From: Rubripirellula sp.
Lineage (GTDB): Bacteria; Planctomycetota; Planctomycetia; Pirellulales; Pirellulaceae
DNA length: 64,000 nucleotides
Reading direction: 5' to 3'
Assembly: GCA_965216875.1 (NCBI GenBank)
Contig: OZ244207.1
Location: 7,392,001 to 7,456,000, forward strand
Shown: piece by piece, positions 1 to 7,719 of the stretch
Numbering within the stretch: position 1 is the stretch's first letter
Layout of the letters: each line of letters begins with the position of its first letter
Notes under the pieces: generated by a model
What the model was told of the DNA's origin: nothing
The model's input: only the letters and a program-made list of their open reading frames with translations
Database searches by the model: none
Made by a program: the position numbers and the translations under genes

Positions 1-713
1 AACTTTGGTTCGTCAACACGCTCTTTTCCTGCCTATGCCGGCGCAGTGCGATCCACAATTTCGATCCCGTTTGGCGACCTCCCTTTATTGATCGCTACGT
101 GCCCGGCGACTGCTGTCACCTCAACGGTCTTGGACTCCGCGACGGCAAGCCGCGTTACGTCACAGCACTTGGTGAAACGAACCAACCGCGGCAATGGCGT
201 GACAACAAGAAAGATGGCGGTATCTTGATCGACATCGAATCGGGTGAAACGATCTGTCGAGGTTTGTCGATGCCTCATTCGCCGCGGTGGTACCGCGATC
301 GGCTTTGGCTACTCGAGTCAGGCCATGGCGGTTTTGGGTTCATCGACCCCGCCACAGGACGCTACGAATCGATCGTTCAGTTGCCAGGCTTTACGCGCGG
401 GCTCTCGTTTGCCGGCCCGATCGCGTTCGTAGGGCTTTCTCAAGTGCGCGAGTCGGCTGTGTTTGGCGGCGTGCCGATCGCCGAGAAGAAACTCGAAGAA
501 CGTACCTGTGGTGTTTGGGTGATCAACATCGAAACTGGTGAAGTGATCGGGTTCGTTAAGTTTGAAGACGCCGTTCAGGAAATCTTTGCTGTCGAAGCGA
601 TCTCGGCTCGGTACCCCGAATTGATCAACGAAGACCGCGAACTGATGGCGGGATCGTTTGAATTACCCGACGATGCACTTGCCGATGTGCCACCAGAACT
701 CCGCTCTCAATAG
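1..713 (+). CDS. TIGR03032/DUF4915 family protein, 5'-truncated by the window edge
   Basis: Frame is open from position 3 (LWFVNTLFSCLC...WRPPF...DCCHLNGL). Motifs GLSMPHSPRW and LPGFTRGL are typical of the family. Confidence 0.85.
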   Translation, partial: LWFVNTLFSCLCRRSAIHNFDPVWRPPFIDRYVPGDCCHLNGLGLRDGKPRYVTALGETNQPRQWRDNKKDGGILIDIESGETICRGLSMPHSPRWYRDRLWLLESGHGGFGFIDPATGRYESIVQLPGFTRGLSFAGPIAFVGLSQVRESAVFGGVPIAEKKLEERTCGVWVINIETGEVIGFVKFEDAVQEIFAVEAISARYPELINEDRELMAGSFELPDDALADVPPELRSQ

Positions 714-734
714 AACCTCCACACGCGACCAGCC

Positions 735-1082
735 ATGACACGTCTCTTTGCAGGCACGCCCTTCGACATTCCGCCTCGTTGTGATCGGTGCGGTGACTTG
801 GAGCAGGATTGCAAGTGCCCTGAGTTGCCCGAAACGCCGAGCTACCTGCCACCCGAGAAACAAACGGCCAAGGTGCGCGTTGATCGTCGCAAGCACAAGC
901 GGTTTGCGACCGTTGTTTGGGGCCTGGATCCGAGCGAGTGCGATTTGCCGGATCTGCTTTCAAAACTCAAATCGGCATGTGGTGCCGGTGGTTCGATCCA
1001 GGAAAACCAAATCGAACTGCAAGGCGATCATCTGGATCGCGTCAAAGCACAGCTCAAGAAACTTGGCTATCGGGTGAAGTAG
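735..1082 (+). CDS. SUI1/YciH-family translation initiation factor with N-terminal CxxC...CxC segment
   Basis: LSKLKSACGAGGS...IELQGDHLDRVKAQLKKLGY SUI1 signature. Confidence 0.88.
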   Translation: MTRLFAGTPFDIPPRCDRCGDLEQDCKCPELPETPSYLPPEKQTAKVRVDRRKHKRFATVVWGLDPSECDLPDLLSKLKSACGAGGSIQENQIELQGDHLDRVKAQLKKLGYRVK

Positions 1083-1159
1083 GTTGGGCTGCTGCTCGAG
1101 ATAGGCAGGCTTCGACAATCGCAGTCACGAAGTGGACGACGCCCTGGTCAAGAGAGCGA

Positions 1160-2944
1160 TCACTTTGCGGCGGGCGCCGGTTGGCTTTCGCTATCGTCGT
1201 TGATCGGCTTGGGTGGCGACTTGAGATTGATCTCGAGGATCGTGTTGACCACATCGATCAGTTGGTCCAGGCGGAATGGCTTGTAGAGCACGCATTTGCG
1301 TGGAAGGCCCGCCTGGTGAGCCTTGACGATGGAGTGGCCGGGATCGTAGCCAAATCCGGTCATCAAAACCATTGGCACACGATCCATGATCTTTCCAAGG
1401 CGAAGCATCAGCTGATAGCCACTGTAATCGGGCAAGCTAATGTCACTGATGATCACGTCATAGCCGGTGGCTCCACCGCTGCCGCGAACCATCAGCACGG
1501 CTTCGTCGCCCTTGTGGGCCGTTTCGACGATACAGCCGTAACGTTCCAGCAGCGTGTGAGCGTCCTCTCGGACCTTTTCGTCGGCGTCGACCACGAGGAT
1601 GCGTTTGTCGCGCAACGAGGCTTGTTGGGGAGACTGAACGCCGGCCGGTACGGCTTCGAGTGGGGTCAGCTTTTGACCGACTTGCTGGATCGTTTGCTTG
1701 ATGTCTCTAGCGTTGTGCAAGATGCGGCGGATGCGATCGACCACGTCGGGGCTGTGTCCGATGTAGCCTTCCATGACGTTCACTGCGTCATTAAGGATCT
1801 CGTCAACCGGCATGGCGACCGCGCTGTGAATCGCGTCACAGCTCTGCTGGGCCGTGTTGGCTTTTTGTGCAACCAGTAGTTCGAGCGTGTTGAGCGCGAA
1901 CGCGATATCGCGAGCAAAGATTTCCAAGAACTGTAGGTCGCTGTCGCCAAAGGCTGACGGCTCGGGGCTTTCGACGTTGATCGTTCCGAGCACCTGGTCA
2001 TGCAAAATCAGTGGCACGGTCAGCGAACTCCGCGACGTTGCCACACCCGGGATGAACAAGGGGTCGTTGACGACGTCTTGGCACACGTAGCTCATGCCAC
2101 TGGCGGCCACATAGCCCGTGATGCCGTTGCCTTGTGGGTGAGCAAAGAGTTTGCGATCGCTCGCGTCTTGATCGATCCCAACGCTCAACAGCGGGACAAG
2201 GTTGCCAGTGTCGTGAGCGAGCAAGCGAATCTCGATCACTTCAAAATTGAGGAGATCACTGAGGTAGTGACGAATGTTCTCTTTCAAGAGGTCGATCCGC
2301 TCATCAACCTCCATCATGAAGATCTCGGAGGGACGCAGGTCGGCAAGTTCGCGTCCGGCTTGGTGAATCGCGGCGAGCTTCTGTTGTTGAAGAATCTCTT
2401 CGGTGATGTCGCCGACAGTGACGATGAGTTGGCGGCTGTGATCGGGTTGAACAATCGGTGCCGCGTGAATCTGGTAGTAGCGATTCTCGTGACTGACCAT
2501 GGTGCTGCCGGTCTGTTCCCCCGTCGCAAGTGCGGTGTGGAACGGACAGAAATCGGGACCCATGATTTCAGGGTTTCCGAGCAGCTCATAAAAGCTCATG
2601 CCAATCGGCGAGTCTTCGCCAAGCTGAGCCCACTGCAGCAGCTGGCGGTTTGCCCACAGCACGCGGTTGTCACTGTCCAGCAGTGCAGCTCCCTCGGGCA
2701 TGTCGCGAAGCATGACTCCGCTTTGAGCGACGCCGCGGAGTTCGGCCAGCTGAGGTAGCTGTTCGCGTGAGATCCAGACTCCAGCGATCGAAGGGTCAGA
2801 AAGCTCATCGACCACCGGTACGGAGGTATCGACAACGACCAAGTCGTTGTTTCGCAGCTCCTCAGGCAGAGAATCGGGCGATCCAACGCAAATGATTTTG
2901 CGCGGTTCTGTCGAGGACTGTGTTGCTTGCGGTGATCGATTCAT
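1160..2944 (-). CDS. PAS-GAF-(HisKA-like)-receiver signalling protein
   Basis: PAS (ALLDSDNRVLWAN, CPFH), GAF (GITGYVA...SSLTVPL...VLGTINVES), C-terminal REC (ILVVDAD, DVIISDISLPD, YKPF). Confidence 0.8.
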   Translation of the reverse strand: MNRSPQATQSSTEPRKIICVGSPDSLPEELRNNDLVVVDTSVPVVDELSDPSIAGVWISREQLPQLAELRGVAQSGVMLRDMPEGAALLDSDNRVLWANRQLLQWAQLGEDSPIGMSFYELLGNPEIMGPDFCPFHTALATGEQTGSTMVSHENRYYQIHAAPIVQPDHSRQLIVTVGDITEEILQQQKLAAIHQAGRELADLRPSEIFMMEVDERIDLLKENIRHYLSDLLNFEVIEIRLLAHDTGNLVPLLSVGIDQDASDRKLFAHPQGNGITGYVAASGMSYVCQDVVNDPLFIPGVATSRSSLTVPLILHDQVLGTINVESPEPSAFGDSDLQFLEIFARDIAFALNTLELLVAQKANTAQQSCDAIHSAVAMPVDEILNDAVNVMEGYIGHSPDVVDRIRRILHNARDIKQTIQQVGQKLTPLEAVPAGVQSPQQASLRDKRILVVDADEKVREDAHTLLERYGCIVETAHKGDEAVLMVRGSGGATGYDVIISDISLPDYSGYQLMLRLGKIMDRVPMVLMTGFGYDPGHSIVKAHQAGLPRKCVLYKPFRLDQLIDVVNTILEINLKSPPKPINDDSESQPAPAAK

Positions 2945-4180
2945 CGATCTTCTCCCACCACAACCCGCATGCGGTCAGTGTGTTGCCTTGTCCGGTCAAT
3001 CAAGCCCAATCGGTCTCAGTTGATTGGGGCTCCCAAACATCCCGTTCTAGCAGCCAGTCTTCAAACGGGAAGCCTGGCAAGTTTGATTCGGAATGCGTTT
3101 GACGTTGCAACTCACTTGGTTCTCGATGCCAATCGCCGATCGTCGGCGACGCGAGCTCTTTTCGCGGGTTGCCCACTTCCCACTTGGCATCATACGAACC
3201 AACAACGATTTGTCACACCGTGTTAACGCCTATTTGGTGAACTTCTTCCGTGCCTATCGGCTCCTCTCTGCCTTCATCATTACTACTAGAATGCAATCTG
3301 CGGTGATTTGTTCCTGGAAAACTGCCCTTGTGCGCGCTCTCTGGGCTGCGGTTCTCTGGGTCGCGCTAGTTCTCTGGGCTGCTTCGTTCCCTGCCGTGGG
3401 ACGGTCCTCCAACCAGCGCAACTCTCATCGTGCCTCAATCGCGTTTGCGCCAATGATTGAGTCCTCGCCACCCGCGACCGAATTCGCTTGATCGGTGCGA
3501 CGGTATGCGTCTTTCGGTATCGTTGGGCGTCTTCCGGGAATGCTGGGGTTTCTGTCGACCGATGGGCTGACATGCGCCCGATTGGCTGCCCAGGATGCTC
3601 TGTGCATCGCATCAGCACCGATCGCGGCCCCGTGTACCCGATCTCGGCCAGGCGATTCGTGTGGCTCACACCGAGCGGCTCCGTCTTGTTGCGTCCAGCG
3701 CGTGCTTGTTGCTTCCCACTCTTGCTTCAGGTCGTAGGGGCAACCAGGTGCGAATTCTGGTGGAAGCGTCGATCGCATGCACGACTCACGATGCGATCGT
3801 AGGTAAACTGGATGGCGTTGAGTGCATGGTTGAGTGCTCACTTTTCCAAGCCTCCCAGAGTGACGTCGTTGCGGTGATCCGTCAGGCTCCTCCTCCATGC
3901 TTCCGCTTAGCCGGTCCCCAAAGGTAGGGCAAGCTGCGCCATCTTATTGACCGCGTAGACGAGAGCCCAAAACCGCACGTTTTAACTGAAAAAATCGGCT
4001 ATCTGATTATTTGTTGAAATTGCGACGTTTGGTGAGAGCGAATCGTTGACACCATATCACCAACGTCTACATTTATCCGAACGTGGGGTGAATTCGCCCC
4101 ATCTTACGCAGCCGTTAAAAACTTCCTCGTATGTCTACTTATGTCTCACGGGCTGTGAGCAAATTGGAGGGTTGTCCTTG

Positions 4181-6310
4181 ATGAGAACACATGTATTAAC
4201 CAGCTTCCTCGGCTTGTGCGTTGCAGTGATGTTTGCTGCAAACGTTCAAGCAGGATCAGGATGCGGTGATTGCGGCGGCTGCGCGAGCGGTTCGCCATGC
4301 GAGACCGTTTCCGGCTGCGGCGGTTCAGACTGCGGTGGCTGCGGTACTGCGGACTGCGGTACCACCTACGAAACTCGGACCGTCATGCGTCCGCAGTACG
4401 TGACCGAGACCCGTATGGTCCCAACCACGACCTATCAAAAAGAAACTCGCACACGCACACGTACCGTTTGCAAGCGAGTGGCTCGAGTCGAAACCAAGAC
4501 TCAAACCTACACAGTGAATGTTCCTCAGACCAAGACACGCACCGAGACCTACAACGTCCAAGTTTGCGTGCCTTACACCACCGAGGAAAAGTACACGGTT
4601 CAAGTTCCCGTTAAGAGCGAGCGTGAAGAGACTTACCAAGTCTGCGTTCCTTACACCGAGGACGTCGAGCAAACCTACACCGTTTGCGTGCCAAAGACTT
4701 CGACCGTCACCCAAAACTACAAGGTCAGCGTTCCTTACACCGAAACGCAAACCTACACAGTTGCGGTCCCTTACACCGAGCAAGTCGAACAGCAATACAC
4801 CGTTCGCGTGCCAGTGAAGAAGTCGCGTGAGGAAACCTACAAAGTTCGCGTTCCTTACACCGAGCAAGTTGAACAGCACTACACCGTGCAAGTTCCTGTG
4901 AAGTCGACCAAGACGGTTGAGTACCAAGTCTGTGTTCCTTACACCGAGACGGTCACTCAAAACTACACCGTCAAGGTTCCTTACACCGAGACTCGTACTC
5001 AGAACTACACCGTTTCGGTTCCTTACACCGAAGACGTCGAGCAAAAGTACACCGTTTCGGTTCCTTACACCGAGGAAGTCGAACAGAAGTACACCGTGAA
5101 GGTTCCTTACACTGAAGAAGTGGAAGAGACCTACACCGTTCGCGTTCCTGTCAAGGAAACCAAGACCGGTACCCGTACTGTCACCAAGTGCGTTCCTGTG
5201 ACCACCATGCGTACGGTCACCAAGGACAAGGGCAGCTACGAATGCCAAGCGGTTGAAGTCAGCGGATCGGCATGCGGCGGATGTGCACCTGCTCCAGCTT
5301 GTGGCGGATGCGACACCGGTTGCGGTGGATGCGAAACCGTTGCTGACGCATGCGGTTGTGCTCCTAAGGTTGTTTACAAGCGAGTTTGGGTTCCAAACCT
5401 CGTGACCGAAGAAGTGCCTTGCACCACTTACGAGCGTCAAACGACTGAGGTTCCTTACACCTACACCGTTTGCAGCTACAACACCGAGACTCGTACTCGT
5501 AAGGTTCCTGTCACCAAGTGCCGAACCGAAGAGCGAACTCGTACCGTTAAGTGCACCAAGTACCGCACTGAAGAGCGCACCCGAACCTGCAAGGTTCAAA
5601 AGTGCCGCACCGAAGAGCGTACTCGTGAGTACCAAGTCACCTTGTGCCGCACTGAAGAGCGCACTCGTGAAGTACCTGTGACTCGCTATCGCAATGAAAC
5701 TCGCACCAAGGAAGTGCCTGTTTGCACCATGACCACCGAGCAACGCACTCGAATGGTCAACGTCTGCAAGTACCGCTGCGAAGACCGCACTCGCACCGTC
5801 AACTACTGCGAATGGGAAAACCAAACCCGCACTCGCACGGTTAACGTTTGCAAGACGCGTAACGAAGAGCGTACTCGCGAAGTCACCAAGTACCGCTGCG
5901 AAGATCGCACTCGCGAAGTTCCTGTGACCACCATGGTCCGCGAAACTCGCACTCGCACCGTGCCTGTGACCAAGACCAAGATGGAAACCCGCACTCGCAT
6001 GGTTCCTGTGACGACTTACAACACGGAAGAGCGTACTCGCACCGTGACTCGTCAACGCATGGAAACTCAAGAGCGTAGCCGCGAAGTTTCTTACACCGTT
6101 TGCGTTCCTGAAGAACGCACTCGCACCTACAACGTCACCGTGTACGACACCGTCAAGGAAGAAGTTCCTGAGGAGTACACCGTGTGCGTTCCAGTGCAAA
6201 CGATGAAAGAAGTTCAAGTTCGCGTCTGCAAGCCAGTGGCTGTTGAAGTCCAAGTTCCCGTTTCGGGATGCAACGGCTGTGCAACCGCTGACCCTTGTGC
6301 TTGCAAGTAA
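4181..6310 (+). CDS. Secreted 709-aa Thr/Val/Glu/Arg/Cys-rich mirror-repeat protein; predicted giant beta-hairpin
   Basis: ATG at 4181 with GGAGG at 4166-4170. Sec signal MRTHVLTSFLGLCVAVMFAANVQA. 14-aa VPYTE..YTV repeats, a central Cys-rich loop, then 14-aa RTEERTR repeats. Terminator directly downstream. Confidence 0.9.
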   Translation: MRTHVLTSFLGLCVAVMFAANVQAGSGCGDCGGCASGSPCETVSGCGGSDCGGCGTADCGTTYETRTVMRPQYVTETRMVPTTTYQKETRTRTRTVCKRVARVETKTQTYTVNVPQTKTRTETYNVQVCVPYTTEEKYTVQVPVKSEREETYQVCVPYTEDVEQTYTVCVPKTSTVTQNYKVSVPYTETQTYTVAVPYTEQVEQQYTVRVPVKKSREETYKVRVPYTEQVEQHYTVQVPVKSTKTVEYQVCVPYTETVTQNYTVKVPYTETRTQNYTVSVPYTEDVEQKYTVSVPYTEEVEQKYTVKVPYTEEVEETYTVRVPVKETKTGTRTVTKCVPVTTMRTVTKDKGSYECQAVEVSGSACGGCAPAPACGGCDTGCGGCETVADACGCAPKVVYKRVWVPNLVTEEVPCTTYERQTTEVPYTYTVCSYNTETRTRKVPVTKCRTEERTRTVKCTKYRTEERTRTCKVQKCRTEERTREYQVTLCRTEERTREVPVTRYRNETRTKEVPVCTMTTEQRTRMVNVCKYRCEDRTRTVNYCEWENQTRTRTVNVCKTRNEERTREVTKYRCEDRTREVPVTTMVRETRTRTVPVTKTKMETRTRMVPVTTYNTEERTRTVTRQRMETQERSREVSYTVCVPEERTRTYNVTVYDTVKEEVPEEYTVCVPVQTMKEVQVRVCKPVAVEVQVPVSGCNGCATADPCACK
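4361..5263 (+). repeat. N-arm: degenerate 42-nt (14-aa) tandem repeats, consensus VPYTExVExxYTVx
   Basis: Recurrent gttccttacaccga(g/a), mostly at 42-nt spacing or multiples of it. Confidence 0.9.
5363..6262 (+). repeat. C-arm: degenerate 42-nt (14-aa) tandem repeats, consensus (Y/C)RTEERTRxVPVTx
   Basis: Recurrent gaagagcg(c/t)actcg motifs at a 14-codon period. Confidence 0.9.
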
Positions 6311-6380
6311 TCTTGTGACTGCGATTCGTTTCGCTTGATCAGCCCGACGGGCCCGATAAGCGAAACAACAAAAAACGACG

Positions 6381-6413
6381 AAACCCCGAAGGCAAACGCC
6401 TTCGGGGTTTTTT
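6381..6413 (+). terminator. Intrinsic terminator
   Basis: aaaccccgaaggc-aaac-gccttcggggttt perfect stem followed by a T run, 70 nt after the stop. Confidence 0.9.
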
Positions 6414-6584
6414 ATTGTGTAGGCCGAATCAAGGAGCGACAGCGACACAGATCCGCCATGAGGCAGTGCTTTCAACAAGACGCCCCGCCGTTTACGCCAG
6501 GCACGGCTCACGCGCACCGCGATCAACACGGTAGATTGAAAGGGTCTCCTCTTCGGCTCCTCAAAACGAAAAACGACCATCATC

Positions 6585-7367
6585 ATGTCTGTCGATGTCA
6601 AGGTTCACGATCACGTTGCCACGATCTTGATGGATCGCGCCAACGCCCGGAACGCGCTCAGCCCACAACTGGTCAACGATCTGCAAACTGCGTTTTCAGA
6701 CCTGCATCAAGAGAAAAAGGTTTCGGCCGTCGTCCTGACGGGTGTTGGCGACCACTTTTGTTCGGGAGTCGACTTGAAAGTGCTGCGTGAGATCAGTGAG
6801 ATGCCGCAGCAGGAGGCGCTGGGTGAGTGGTTGACGTTGTGGCGGCACCAGGTTGAGTTGTTTGAGCAGATGTTGAGGTTCCCCAAGCCGATCATCGCTG
6901 CGGTTGATGGCGTGGCTGTAGGTGCAGGGTTTGCGCTCGCGTTGGCTTGTGACCTGATCGTTCCCTCGGAATCGACTTGGTTTTCGGCTGCAGCGATCAA
7001 ACGCGGGCTGGTTGGTGGAGCGACCGCGGCGCTGTTGACGTTTCGAGGTGGTGGTGCGATTGCTGCGCGAATGCTGCTCGGTGGCCAGGATCTTAGTGCG
7101 AGCGCCGCCTACAGCCTGGGCCTGTGTCTTCAGCCCGTGACAAGCGACCAGATCTGGGTCGCTGCGGTCGAACAGGCCAAGCAATCGAGTTGCGGGCCAC
7201 AAGAAGCCGTTCAGGCGACCAAGCGTTTGCTGAACGAGAGCATCGGAGAAATCCTGATCAGCCAACTCGCTTCCGGCGCTGCTGACAGTGCAACGGCATG
7301 CACGACCGAATCAGCCACCGAAGGGATCAAGTCGTTCCTCGAAAAACGCGAACCCAATTGGCCGTAG
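6585..7367 (+). CDS. Crotonase-fold (enoyl-CoA hydratase/isomerase family) protein
   Basis: RNALS, FCSGVDL, PKPIIAAVDG.AVGAGFALALACD, EGIKSFLEKREP. Confidence 0.9.
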   Translation: MSVDVKVHDHVATILMDRANARNALSPQLVNDLQTAFSDLHQEKKVSAVVLTGVGDHFCSGVDLKVLREISEMPQQEALGEWLTLWRHQVELFEQMLRFPKPIIAAVDGVAVGAGFALALACDLIVPSESTWFSAAAIKRGLVGGATAALLTFRGGGAIAARMLLGGQDLSASAAYSLGLCLQPVTSDQIWVAAVEQAKQSSCGPQEAVQATKRLLNESIGEILISQLASGAADSATACTTESATEGIKSFLEKREPNWP

Positions 7368-7379
7368 TGCCCGTCCCAC

Positions 7380-7670
7380 CTCGATACCCCGCTCCGCGTG
7401 GTAACGCACTTTTTGGACGCTCTGCGTCCTCTTCGTAGGTCGTGCTCCGCATGACGGGTACTCACATGCGTGCAATGGAGTGAAAGGCCCGACGCTAGCG
7501 CGTTCGGCTCACGAGCAGTCACAACCACATTGTGCGGCAACATCAACCGCAGAGCGATAGCTCGCGGTTATGCTGATTGACTGACGGCAGGAACCGCACG
7601 CTATCGCGTTGCGGCTGATCGTCGATCACCGCTGAAAACTGAGCGGCACGGCATCAGCCGCCGGTATTTC
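7380..7670. repeat. Mosaic cluster of REP-like palindromes between convergent genes
   Basis: Contains ggcccgacgctagcgcgttcggctcac (also ~24100, 41306, 41491, 45880), the aaccgcagagcgatagc...gctatcgcgttgcggctgat pair (also ~20240-20310) and cagccgccggtatttc (also ~24070). Confidence 0.75.
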
Positions 7671-7719
7671 GAGTACTCGGCCCGCGTGTGTTTGGTTCAC
7701 ATAGGTGACGGGCGAGCTG

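Noticed and set aside
917..1879. 320-aa + strand ORF, and similar long ORFs such as 11742-13052 and 46490-47629
   Set aside because: Antisense shadows of well-supported genes in GC-rich DNA, with no recognisable motifs.
3093..3927. Several 80-157 aa ORFs in the long spacer
   Set aside because: Mutually overlapping, atypical composition, no recognisable domain or convincing RBS.
4046..4180. Longer TTG start given by the ORF track
   Set aside because: The ATG at 4181 has a GGAGG RBS and begins a clean signal peptide.
4253..5362. Cys/Gly-rich CGGC segments as a RiPP (heterocycloanthracin-like) precursor
   Set aside because: They are embedded in a 709-aa Sec-exported protein, with no YcaO, radical SAM, peptidase or transporter genes adjacent.
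4325..6601. 758-aa antisense ORF over the repeat gene
   Set aside because: Shadow frame. The sense gene has almost no Leu and little Ser, so the codons that create antisense stops (TTA/CTA/TCA) are rare. The RBS, signal peptide and terminator all support the + strand.
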